Shown: positions 10,822-19,960 of the stretch, piece after piece
Layout: each line of letters begins with the position of its first letter
Position numbering within the stretch: the first letter of the stretch is position 1
Assembly: GCA_003247135.1 (NCBI GenBank)
Contig: QKAW01000058.1
Coordinates: forward strand, 1,394 to 65,393
Direction of reading: 5' to 3'
Source: Spirochaetales bacterium
GTDB lineage: Bacteria > Spirochaetota > Spirochaetia > DSM-2461
DNA: 64,000 nucleotides
Position numbers and translations under genes: made by a program
Notes under the pieces: model-generated
The model's input: only the letters and a program-made list of their open reading frames with translations
Database searches by the model: none
Told to the model about the DNA's origin: nothing

Positions 10822-11922
10822 TTGATTTATAAAATAGCATTAATAGGATGTGGAAGAATTAGCTATAAACATATAGAAGGTTTTATTGACACAAAAGATA
10901 GAGTTCAGTTATTTGCTCTTTGTGATCCTTCATTAAAGAAAATGGAAGATAGAAAAAATCAATATTTAAATGAAATTAATAATGCATCTGTTGAATTTTT
11001 TACATCATATAAAGAGATGTTATCTTCTGTTGATTTAGATTTTGTGACAATTGCTACAGAATCAGGTACTCACAGGGATATAGCAATTGATTGTTTAAAT
11101 GCTGGTGTTAACGTAATAGTTGAGAAGCCTATGGCTTTAAGCACTAAAGATGCTGATGATATGATAGCTTGTGCCAAAAAGAATGGGTTAAAGTTAGCAG
11201 TTTGTTTTCAAAACAGATTTAATGGGCCAATAGTAAAAACTAGAGAAGCCTTTGAAAAAGGACGTTTAGGTAAATTACTACATAGTAGTGTACAAGTAAG
11301 ATGGAATAGAAACATTGATTATTATAAACAAGCCGATTGGAGAGGGACTTGGGATATTGATGGTGGAACTCTAATGAATCAGTGTACTCATGGAATTGAT
11401 TTATTGCAGTGGATGAATAATGCAGATGTAGTGAAGGTTCATGGAGTAACAAAAAGATTTCAAAGACCAATAGAAGCCGAAGATTTTGGTTGTGCTATTT
11501 TAGAATTTGCAGATGGTTCAGTTGGAATAGTTGAGGGTACAGCAAATGTGTTCCCTAGGAATTTAAATGAGAGTTTAAGTTTATTTGGAACAGATGGTTC
11601 TGTAGTAATTGGTGGTCTTGCTGTTAATAAGTTTGAAACTTGGAGATTGAAGGATTCTAATGTAGTTGGAGATACTGAGGATAAAGTTATTGACCCTAAT
11701 GCAAAGGATCCAGATTCCGTGTATGGAAAGGGTCATGGAGCTTTATTTGCAGATTTTATAGATGCCCTTGATAATAATAGAGAGCCTTTAACAAATGGAG
11801 CAGAATCTAAAAAAGCATTGGAAATTATATTAGCAATTTATAAATCTCAAAAAGAAGGAAAACCGGTAGAATTACCAATTAATTTTTCTACAACAGAGAT
11901 GAAAGGAGTTTTTGGTGAATAG
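10822..11922 (+). CDS. Gfo/Idh/MocA oxidoreductase, UDP-GlcNAcA 3-dehydrogenase (WbpB/WlbA-like)
   Basis: LIGCGRIS, VEKPMAL, FQNRFN, WRGTWDIDGGTLMNQCTHGIDLL; neighbours wbpA/I/E/D-like genes. Confidence 0.85.
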   Translation: MIYKIALIGCGRISYKHIEGFIDTKDRVQLFALCDPSLKKMEDRKNQYLNEINNASVEFFTSYKEMLSSVDLDFVTIATESGTHRDIAIDCLNAGVNVIVEKPMALSTKDADDMIACAKKNGLKLAVCFQNRFNGPIVKTREAFEKGRLGKLLHSSVQVRWNRNIDYYKQADWRGTWDIDGGTLMNQCTHGIDLLQWMNNADVVKVHGVTKRFQRPIEAEDFGCAILEFADGSVGIVEGTANVFPRNLNESLSLFGTDGSVVIGGLAVNKFETWRLKDSNVVGDTEDKVIDPNAKDPDSVYGKGHGALFADFIDALDNNREPLTNGAESKKALEIILAIYKSQKEGKPVELPINFSTTEMKGVFGE

Positions 11923-13225
11923 TTTTGAAATAATAATGAAAAAGATTGAGAATAATACAGAAGTAGTAGGTATTCTTGGTCTAGGTTATGTAGGATTGCC
12001 TCTAGCAGTATTAATGGCTAATAAAGGTATAAATGTTCTTGGATTTGAGAAGAACCCTAATAAAGCCGAAAATGTAAATAAATGCAAAAATTATATTGGA
12101 GATATAACAGAAGACGAATTAAAAGCAGCTGTTAGTAGCAAAAAATTATCTGCGTCATCCGACTTCTCAAGAATAAAAGAGTGTGATGCTGTTATTATGT
12201 GTGTTCCTACACCATTAGATAAATTTAAAAAACCAGATATGAAGTATATAGAATCTGCATGTAGAGATATTGGTAAGTATATGAAAAAGGGAACCTTTGT
12301 TTCTTTAGAAAGTACCACATACCCAACAACAACCGAAGATTTTATGAAACCTATTATCGAAGAAGAATCAGGTTTGTTAGAAGGACAAGACTTTTGGCTT
12401 TGTTTCTCTCCAGAGAGAATAGATCCAGGTAATCAAACATTCAAAACAGAAAATACTCCAAAGGTAGTTGGAACTCTTTCTGAAGATGGAATGAAAATAG
12501 CTTTGGGTATATATGGGAAGGCCATTAAGCATTTACACCCTGTTTCTAGCCCAAGAGTAGCGGAAATGGTTAAAATATTAGAAAACACATACAGATTAAT
12601 AAATATTTCTTTAATAAATGAATTAGCTTTATTATCAGGTAAAATGGATATTAATATTTGGGAAGTTATTGAAGCTGCAAAAACTAAACCCTTTGGATTT
12701 CAAGCCTTTTATCCTGGTCCAGGTATTGGGGGGCACTGTATACCCTTAGATCCATTTTATTTAGAATTTATTGCTAAAAACTTTAATTTCGATTTAAAAA
12801 TGATTGAAACTGCAGGGCATATTGATAATATGATGCCCCATAGAATGTCAATTAAAATTGCATCAGCATTAAATAGACATAAAAAATCTATAAATGGATC
12901 AAAAATATTATTTATGGGTGTAGCTTATAAACCAAATATTGATGATGCAAGAGAATCTCCAGCATTAAAATTAATTGATGAGATTGCAGGTAAAGGTGGA
13001 GAAATTTTATACCACGATCCCTATGTCGAAAAATGTAAAACACCCAAAGATGTAGTTTATACTAATTCAGAATTAACAGATGAATTATTAGCTACAGCAG
13101 ATTGTGTTGTTTTTACTACAAACCACAGTTGCTTTAATGCTGATGAAATAGTTTCTAAGTCTAAACTTGTTGTTGATTTAAGAAATATGGTAAAAGAAGC
13201 ATCTGATAAGGTATATAAACTATAA
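11915..13225 (+). CDS. wbpA: UDP-N-acetylglucosamine 6-dehydrogenase (WbpA-like nucleotide sugar dehydrogenase)
   Basis: GLGYVGLPLA, ESTTYP, FSPERIDPGN, KILENTYR, GPGIGGHCIPLDP, AYKPNIDDARESP; GTG after AAGGAG. Confidence 0.88.
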   Translation: MNSFEIIMKKIENNTEVVGILGLGYVGLPLAVLMANKGINVLGFEKNPNKAENVNKCKNYIGDITEDELKAAVSSKKLSASSDFSRIKECDAVIMCVPTPLDKFKKPDMKYIESACRDIGKYMKKGTFVSLESTTYPTTTEDFMKPIIEEESGLLEGQDFWLCFSPERIDPGNQTFKTENTPKVVGTLSEDGMKIALGIYGKAIKHLHPVSSPRVAEMVKILENTYRLINISLINELALLSGKMDINIWEVIEAAKTKPFGFQAFYPGPGIGGHCIPLDPFYLEFIAKNFNFDLKMIETAGHIDNMMPHRMSIKIASALNRHKKSINGSKILFMGVAYKPNIDDARESPALKLIDEIAGKGGEILYHDPYVEKCKTPKDVVYTNSELTDELLATADCVVFTTNHSCFNADEIVSKSKLVVDLRNMVKEASDKVYKL

Positions 13226-14298
13226 TGAAAAAAATAGTAACAATAATTGGGGCTAGACCTCAATTTGTAAAAGCTGCAGTTATTTCTAGGTTAATTAAAG
13301 AAAAATATAGTAATGAAATAACAGAATATCTTGTTCACACAGGTCAACACTATGATGCAAATATGTCCGATATTTTTTTTGACGAGATGAAAATCCCTAA
13401 ACCGGATCTTAACCTTGAGGTTGGCTCAGGAAGTCATGGTAAAATGACTGGTTTAATGCTACAAAAAATAGAAGAAGTATTGTTAGAGCAAAAACCAGAT
13501 GCATTACTAATTTATGGAGATACTAATTCTACTCTGGCTGGAGCTATTGCTGCATCAAAATTATTAATCCCAGTTATTCATATTGAAGCAGGCTTAAGAA
13601 GTTATAATATGGCAATGCCAGAAGAGCAAAATAGAATATTATCTGATCATGTTTCGACCCTTTTGCTTTGTCCCACGCAAACTGCTATCGATAATCTAAA
13701 AAAAGAAGGTATAACTAAAGGTGTCTCTTTAACAGGAGATGTCATGTTTGATGCATCCATTTTTTATAGAAAGCTAGAAAACACTAATACAATATTACCA
13801 AGATTACCGAAAGATTTCTTTTTGGCAACTATTCACAGGGCAGAAAATACAGATTCTAGAGAAAGGCTTACAAATATAGTTAAAGCATTAAATGATTGTG
13901 GTAAAAATGGTGTTTTACCGTTACATCCACGAACAAAAAAATATTTAGATAGCTATGGTTTATCCTTTAATAGTAATATAATGCTTATTGAGCCAGTTGG
14001 TTATTTTGATATGCTTGAACTTGAAGCAAAAGCTAATATGATAGTTACAGATTCCGGTGGAGTTCAAAAAGAAGCGTATTTTTTTAATAAACCCTGCGTA
14101 ACATTAAGAGATCAAACAGAATGGGTCGAAACGGTGGATTCTGGTTGGAATAAAATTGTGGGTTCAGTATATAATGAAATTTTAAATGCAATAAGTAATT
14201 TTAAACCACCAAAATCTCATCCTGATTTATATGGTGATGGTACTAGTGGTGATAAAATTGTTAAGGAGATATTAAAGTTATGGAATTCTGTGATTTAA
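13225..14298 (+). CDS. wecB: Non-hydrolysing UDP-GlcNAc / UDP-GlcNAc3NAcA 2-epimerase (WecB/WbpI-like)
   Basis: GARPQFVK, HTGQHYD, YGDTNSTLAGA, HIEAGLRS, TDSGGVQKEA. Confidence 0.9.
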   Translation: MKKIVTIIGARPQFVKAAVISRLIKEKYSNEITEYLVHTGQHYDANMSDIFFDEMKIPKPDLNLEVGSGSHGKMTGLMLQKIEEVLLEQKPDALLIYGDTNSTLAGAIAASKLLIPVIHIEAGLRSYNMAMPEEQNRILSDHVSTLLLCPTQTAIDNLKKEGITKGVSLTGDVMFDASIFYRKLENTNTILPRLPKDFFLATIHRAENTDSRERLTNIVKALNDCGKNGVLPLHPRTKKYLDSYGLSFNSNIMLIEPVGYFDMLELEAKANMIVTDSGGVQKEAYFFNKPCVTLRDQTEWVETVDSGWNKIVGSVYNEILNAISNFKPPKSHPDLYGDGTSGDKIVKEILKLWNSVI

Positions 14299-15368
14299 AA
14301 AAACAGTATGATCAATATAAAGCTGAAATAGACAGTGGAATTCAGGAAGTATTAAACAGTGCAAATTTTATAAAGGGTCCAGTTCTAGATCGTTTTGAAA
14401 AAAAATTATCCTCTTATGTAGGTGTTAAGCATGCAATAGGATGTTCCAATGGAACAGATGCTTTAACTTTACCATTAAGAGCCTGGGGAATAGGTCCTGG
14501 GGATGAAGTAATTGTTCCAGATTTTACTTTTATTGCAACAGCAGAAGTTGTTTCACTAATAGGTGCTACACCTGTTTTTGTAGATGTTGATCCTGTTACA
14601 TTTAATATAAGTCCTGAAGCTTTTAAAAATGCAATAACTAGCAAAACAAAGGTTGTTATTGCAGTATCTATTTTTGGACAGATGCCAGATTTTGATAATA
14701 TTATGGCAATTGCCCATGAGCGTGGGATAAAAGTAATTGAAGATGGTGCGCAGTCTTTTGGGGCTGAATATAAGGGGAGAAAATCTTGTTCTATAGCCGA
14801 TTGTTCAACTACAAGCTTTTTCCCTGCGAAACCATTAGGCTGTTATGGAGATGGTGGAGCAGTTTTTACAAATGATGATAATCTGGCGACTCAAATGCGA
14901 ATTATTTTAAATCATGGTCAGGTAAAAAGATATCACCATGAAGTAATTGGTTTTAATGGAAGACTTGATGCAATTCAAGCTGCAGTTTTAGAGGTAAAGT
15001 TGAAGCACTTTCCTAATGAGATTTTACTAAGAAACGAAGTTGCTAAAAAATATACTTCCCAGCTAAGTTCTTACGTTAAAACTCCCCAAATTATGGATTA
15101 TAATATGTCTGTATGGGCACAATATACAATCATTGTAGCTAATAGAGATGGTTTAAAGGAATTTCTTTCATCAAGAGAAATTCCAACCGCGATACATTAT
15201 CCAATACCTTTAAGTAAACAGGAAGCATTTAGAAATATAAAATCTTTAGAAAATTCTGTTTCATTAGACATTTCCTCAAATGTAATATCTTTGCCAATAC
15301 ATCCATTTATATCAGATGAAGAAATTAACATTGTATGCTCTTCTGTAAAGGATTTTTTTAATGAATAA
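14280..15368 (+). CDS. wbpE: DegT/DnrJ/EryC1/StrS aminotransferase (WbpE/WlbC-like)
   Basis: [42 protein letters not shown]. Confidence 0.88.
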   Translation: MEFCDLKKQYDQYKAEIDSGIQEVLNSANFIKGPVLDRFEKKLSSYVGVKHAIGCSNGTDALTLPLRAWGIGPGDEVIVPDFTFIATAEVVSLIGATPVFVDVDPVTFNISPEAFKNAITSKTKVVIAVSIFGQMPDFDNIMAIAHERGIKVIEDGAQSFGAEYKGRKSCSIADCSTTSFFPAKPLGCYGDGGAVFTNDDNLATQMRIILNHGQVKRYHHEVIGFNGRLDAIQAAVLEVKLKHFPNEILLRNEVAKKYTSQLSSYVKTPQIMDYNMSVWAQYTIIVANRDGLKEFLSSREIPTAIHYPIPLSKQEAFRNIKSLENSVSLDISSNVISLPIHPFISDEEINIVCSSVKDFFNE

Positions 15369-15921
15369 AAATTATTATATACATGATTCTTCTTTTGCTG
15401 ATGAAGGTTGTAAAATAGGAAAAAATACAAAAATATGGCATTATACTCACATTATGCCAAATGCAATTATTGGAGAAAATTGTTCTATAGGGCAAAATGT
15501 TAATATTGGAAGTAAAGCTGTTATAGGTAATGGTGTAAAAATACAAAATAATGTATCAGTTTATGATGATGTAATTATTGAAGATGATGTTTTTTTGGGG
15601 CCATCCTGTGTATTTACAAATGTTATTAATCCAAGAGCATTTGTTGTAAGGAAAGATGAGTACAAAAAAACTATCGTTAAAAAAGGATCAAGTATTGGTG
15701 CTAATGCTACAATTGTTTGCGGTGTAAAGCTAGGTGAATACTGCTTTGTTGGTGCAGGTTCTGTTGTTACAAAAGATGTTAAACCTTACTCTTTAGTTTA
15801 TGGGAATCCGGCATCACATAGAGGCTGGATTTGTGCATGTGGCAATCAACTTACTGATGATCTAAAATGTAATTGTGGGTTCTCATATAGAGTAATTGAT
15901 GATACATTATTTACAATATAA
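15361..15921 (+). CDS. wbpD: UDP-GlcNAc3NA N-acetyltransferase (WbpD/WlbB-like)
   Basis: [42 protein letters not shown]. Confidence 0.9.
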   Translation: MNKNYYIHDSSFADEGCKIGKNTKIWHYTHIMPNAIIGENCSIGQNVNIGSKAVIGNGVKIQNNVSVYDDVIIEDDVFLGPSCVFTNVINPRAFVVRKDEYKKTIVKKGSSIGANATIVCGVKLGEYCFVGAGSVVTKDVKPYSLVYGNPASHRGWICACGNQLTDDLKCNCGFSYRVIDDTLFTI

Positions 15922-15939
15922 AAACACTTTTTTTATTTC

Positions 15940-15974
15940 AATAAAGAGAGGTTAACACCTCTCTTTATTTTTTT
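15940..15974. terminator. Probable bidirectional intrinsic terminator
   Basis: 13-bp perfect stem AATAAAGAGAGGT-taac-ACCTCTCTTTATT plus T tract, between convergent genes. Confidence 0.8.
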
Positions 15975-17011
15975 ATAATCTCACCTTTCTCTTTTCTATG
16001 GTGTAGAAATGCAAATAGTACAGAGTGAATTAGAAGGTTTATGAATAGTCCTATTTGGGTAAATGTATTTGTTTTTGTTATGAATAGAATTGATATTGTA
16101 CCAGAAATTATACAGATACTGTAAATTACAAAAAGAATTTGTCTTGTGTTTAAACTGGTAAAGTCAATAAATTTATGATGAATATGACCCCTATCTGGCT
16201 CAAAAAAAGATATTTTTAAACGAGTTCTTCTAATCATTGCTGCAAATACATCGAATATTGGTATAAGTAAAATTGCTATTGCAACTAAAATAATTTTTCC
16301 TTTCATTTCACTTGCTGTATATAATAATGGGATTGCAGATAAAAAGAAACCAACAGTTAGACTACCTGAATCTCCCATAAATATTTTTGCTGGAGGGAAA
16401 TTGTATTTAAGAAATCCTGATAATGCTCCAGTAAGTACAAAACATACTATCGCAATCGCAGCGTATCCAGTAAGAGCTGAAATTATACCTAATGTTAATG
16501 ATGCAAGTGCACTTACTCCTCCAGCTTGACCGTCCATACCATCTAATAGGTTTATAGCATTTGTTATTCCAATTATCCAAATAATTGTAATAGGATACTG
16601 AAAAATTCCAAAATATAAATTATAGTTGATGAATGGTATAAAAACATGGGAAAGTGTATTGCCAGATAAAATTAAAACTAATGACACAGTTATTTGTGCA
16701 ATAAGTTTAACTAATGCCCTAACACCTTTAATATCATCTATTATTCCACTTAAAAATATTATTGAAATGCTAAGTAGAAATGATAAATTTAAATCATTTT
16801 TACTTATTATAAGAAGTGTAACTGATGATATAAATGTTGATATAAATATTCCAATTCCTGCTAATCTAGGAATATTTCCTACATGAGTCTTTCTATGATC
16901 CGTAGCATCAAATAACTCTTTCTTGTGTGCATAAGATATAATAATTGGCGTAATAATTATATTTAGTATAAATGGTAATACTAAGCTTATAAAAATGTAT
17001 TGTGGTTTCAT
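15965..17011 (-). CDS. wecA: Undecaprenyl-phosphate GlcNAc-1-phosphate transferase (WecA/TagO, MraY family)
   Basis: RKTH..NIPRLAG, GIIDD, NAINLLDGMDG, NFPPAKIFMGDSGS, DRGHIHH. Confidence 0.9.
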   Translation of the reverse strand: MKPQYIFISLVLPFILNIIITPIIISYAHKKELFDATDHRKTHVGNIPRLAGIGIFISTFISSVTLLIISKNDLNLSFLLSISIIFLSGIIDDIKGVRALVKLIAQITVSLVLILSGNTLSHVFIPFINYNLYFGIFQYPITIIWIIGITNAINLLDGMDGQAGGVSALASLTLGIISALTGYAAIAIVCFVLTGALSGFLKYNFPPAKIFMGDSGSLTVGFFLSAIPLLYTASEMKGKIILVAIAILLIPIFDVFAAMIRRTRLKISFFEPDRGHIHHKFIDFTSLNTRQILFVIYSICIISGTISILFITKTNTFTQIGLFINLLIHSVLFAFLHHRKEKGEIIKK

Positions 17012-17107
17012 AATAATCCTTTATGTTTATTAGATTAACTATTTTATATTTAATTTTGATTGGTAACAAGTATTAAAATAAATTCTTTTATTCTATATAT
17101 TATTTGT

Positions 17108-17893
17108 ATGATTATAAAAAATTTTTTAAGTTTATTATTTATTATTAACCTATCTTCTGCTGTTGGTGCTTGGGAGAATTCATTTGCAACATTAAATAGG
17201 GATGATATTGGACAATTACTCAACAATAAATATGCATACCGAGAGGATGTAAAGTATAAAAAAGGGCTTGAGCTTATGCCTTCAGATAGTGATTTGTCAA
17301 ATGATTTGTATAAAAGTGTTAATGATTATGACCCTGATCTCTGTGTTGAGCTACTATATGTTGTTAATAAACCGGATGTTCCGGAAGATGAAATTATGCT
17401 TTATCTATTAAATAAGATAAGATCATTTAATGAGATGGAAGGTTTAACCTATTACTCTGACGTTAGAATGAAAGATATGGTTTTAATTAAAAAAAACTAC
17501 TTTGTAGATGATAAAAACAGAAGGATTAAAGACCCTGTCGCGGATAAACTACCCGGATTTGAAGAGTCTGTTTACTATCAGGATGAGTCAACCTTTGGGG
17601 GTAATTACTACAATTTAATTACTAGAACGAACAGTGATACAATATGGTTACAAATGGAGAACCGAGGGGACTTAAATATCTTTCTTTTTTTTAATGCAAT
17701 AGAGAAGAAGGGGCAGAGAATAAACTTTTTTATTAAAAATAGTAGTGATAAAATATTAATCTATGCACTGTCCGAGATTAAAAAAGAGCCTGAAGTTAAG
17801 GAAGTTTTTGGAATTCCAGTAATTATTGGTGCAGCATTTAAAAAACGAATGGATGTAATACTATCGTGGTATATAGGAGCAATAAGTGAATAA
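17108..17893 (+). CDS. Exported hypothetical protein (spirochete DUF6675-like), paralog of 21671-22414
   Basis: Signal-peptide-like N-terminus; shares Y.PD...E..Y, G..Y(Y/F)S and YQ...TFG.NYYNL blocks with 21671-22414. Confidence 0.6.
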   Translation: MIIKNFLSLLFIINLSSAVGAWENSFATLNRDDIGQLLNNKYAYREDVKYKKGLELMPSDSDLSNDLYKSVNDYDPDLCVELLYVVNKPDVPEDEIMLYLLNKIRSFNEMEGLTYYSDVRMKDMVLIKKNYFVDDKNRRIKDPVADKLPGFEESVYYQDESTFGGNYYNLITRTNSDTIWLQMENRGDLNIFLFFNAIEKKGQRINFFIKNSSDKILIYALSEIKKEPEVKEVFGIPVIIGAAFKKRMDVILSWYIGAISE

Positions 17894-19478
17894 ATTTTTA
17901 ACAGTTATATTTTTAATATTTATTATTTATATTCCAGTTTTTTCTGAGGATCAGAAGATATTCTCATTAAACAGATACCCTGATCTCTACAGAGATTTAG
18001 AGATTCTTCTATGGGAAGTTGGAGAAGTCTCTGTTTCATCCGCCTATCCCTATAGTAAAGCTGAGTTTGATTATATACTTAGAGATATTGATAAAAGTAA
18101 ACTTTCAGACTCTGGTCTTAAGAGATTTGACTCTATTAAGGAGATTCTAACCAAGGATGAGAGTAACAGCGATTTTACTTCTACCTTCGATCTGGAACTT
18201 AATGCAGAGGGTTATTATAAAACCAATGCAGATAATAACAATTGGCTCTACGGTTACAACCAGAGAAAACCAGTTATTAAAATGGATTTTGCCTTTGGGT
18301 TTAACAATATATTTTGGGGTACTCTGGATATTCCTGTTCAGAAAGGAAAGGATTTTTTAAGATTTAAAGAGAACCCGGAGACCAATATCTCTCTGCTATG
18401 GAATACAACCCAGATGGATATGCAGTTCCCATTTACAGCTCTTAGTTCTGTTGGGGGTAAAAACTGGAATATCCTGTTTGGTAGGGATATTTTAAGTATT
18501 GGTCACGGTCAGAGTGGGAACCTTGTGTTATCCGATGCTGCAAGTTTTCATGAATTTATTAGAGCTTCTACCTTCTGGGACAGTTTTAAGTACACTTTTA
18601 CAATATTAAATATAGAGGCGTTAAATGTTCCCGGGCAAACATCTTATGATGCAAAACACCCTAAAATAAAGATATTAATAAATCACAATTTTGAGTTTAG
18701 ACCCTTTAAAAACTTATCAATTGCCCTAAATGAGTCTACAATTCGTGGAGGGACTGATTTAACACTAAACTACTTTAACCCTTTAATGGTTATACATAAT
18801 TTAGCTTTAACCGACCGAACTACAGGTTCAACATTAGGTAACTCTCTTTTATCAATATCAGGGAGCTATACTCCTGTGAAAAATATTAATATTTACGGGG
18901 AGTTTGTTCTGGATCAGTTTGAAACTCCCGCAGAGGAGGGGATGCTAGGTGGCTCAGGGAAAGGTGACCCTAATGCCTTTGCTTACCTGTATGGAGCTAA
19001 CTATAATCTGAATCTTGGTGAAATATCTCTAGTTTTTAATGGTGAGTACGCTCTAACCTACCCGTATATGTATAGAACATCAACTTCCTGGGCTCTTTAC
19101 GGTCTAACAAGACTTTATCACAGTGTTTATAATAATAGTAATGACTATACTCTGGAGCCATTAGGTTACGGTTATGGTCCTGATGCCCAGGTTATTAAAT
19201 TCTCTGTAGCATCATCACTTTTTGATAATAGTCTAAGAATAAGTCTGGATTATAATAATATTCTGTTGGGGGATAGTGATCTAGGGGATAAGATGGAGAC
19301 TGGATTAACAGCAATGCAGAAAAGAACACCATCCGGGAACTCTACAACCGGTAACGTAATAACATTTAAGATAGACTGGAATTTTATTGAGCATTTTACA
19401 CTTTTTAGCCAGATTGATTCTATCTGGGGAACAATTCAGGATACTCAGATAGCTTTTGGAGCCAGGTTTAATCTGTAG
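17886..19478 (+). CDS. Capsule assembly Wzi-like outer-membrane beta-barrel
   Basis: Signal peptide; N-terminal YRDLE...SSAYPYS..E; GRD..SIGHG.SGNLVLSD; YGEFVLDQ; GYGYGPD; C-terminal amphipathic strand FGARFNL. Confidence 0.65.
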   Translation: MNKFLTVIFLIFIIYIPVFSEDQKIFSLNRYPDLYRDLEILLWEVGEVSVSSAYPYSKAEFDYILRDIDKSKLSDSGLKRFDSIKEILTKDESNSDFTSTFDLELNAEGYYKTNADNNNWLYGYNQRKPVIKMDFAFGFNNIFWGTLDIPVQKGKDFLRFKENPETNISLLWNTTQMDMQFPFTALSSVGGKNWNILFGRDILSIGHGQSGNLVLSDAASFHEFIRASTFWDSFKYTFTILNIEALNVPGQTSYDAKHPKIKILINHNFEFRPFKNLSIALNESTIRGGTDLTLNYFNPLMVIHNLALTDRTTGSTLGNSLLSISGSYTPVKNINIYGEFVLDQFETPAEEGMLGGSGKGDPNAFAYLYGANYNLNLGEISLVFNGEYALTYPYMYRTSTSWALYGLTRLYHSVYNNSNDYTLEPLGYGYGPDAQVIKFSVASSLFDNSLRISLDYNNILLGDSDLGDKMETGLTAMQKRTPSGNSTTGNVITFKIDWNFIEHFTLFSQIDSIWGTIQDTQIAFGARFNL

Positions 19479-19485
19479 GACGCTG

Positions 19486-19878
19486 ATGAATTTAAAAGAT
19501 GAAGTTAAAAACAGGATTGCAAATTTTGTTACTGATGACAGAATTATCTTTGTTTATCTTTTAGGTAGTGTGCAGAAAGGCTGCTATAGGGATGATATTG
19601 ACCTTGCACTAATAATTAATCCTGGAGAGAAATTTTCAACTCTGGAGAGAGTGAATCTTGCAAATGAGTTATCCTATATTTTTAACAGAACAGTTGATAT
19701 TGGTTTAGTTTCTACTAAAAATATGGTTTATACCGCTGAAGTAATATTTTCAGGGGAGTTAATATATACAAAAGATATTGATGTTAATGATGCTGTTTGT
19801 TCTAATCTTGCTGGATTGTATGGGGAATTTTGTGACAACAGGAAGGAACTTTTAGATGCTTATAGAGCTGGAAATTGA
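19486..19878 (+). CDS. mntA: MntA-type minimal nucleotidyltransferase (type VII TA antitoxin)
   Basis: VYLLGS...DIDLAL, RTVDIG; ~130 aa; followed by a hepT remnant. Confidence 0.75.
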   Translation: MNLKDEVKNRIANFVTDDRIIFVYLLGSVQKGCYRDDIDLALIINPGEKFSTLERVNLANELSYIFNRTVDIGLVSTKNMVYTAEVIFSGELIYTKDIDVNDAVCSNLAGLYGEFCDNRKELLDAYRAGN

Positions 19879-19960
19879 AGTAATTAGAGCTATTGTAACT
19901 AAGGAGTACAAAGCTCTAATTGAGTTCTGTTATCAACTGGGAGTCAATATAACTGTTTAG
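19865..19960 (+). pseudogene. C-terminal remnant of HepT/DUF86 (HEPN) toxin
   Basis: Alternate frame reads ELEIEVIRAIVTKEYKALIEFCYQLGVNITV*, resembling the HepT tail that follows the RNxxVHxY motif; no start codon or catalytic motif. Confidence 0.6.
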
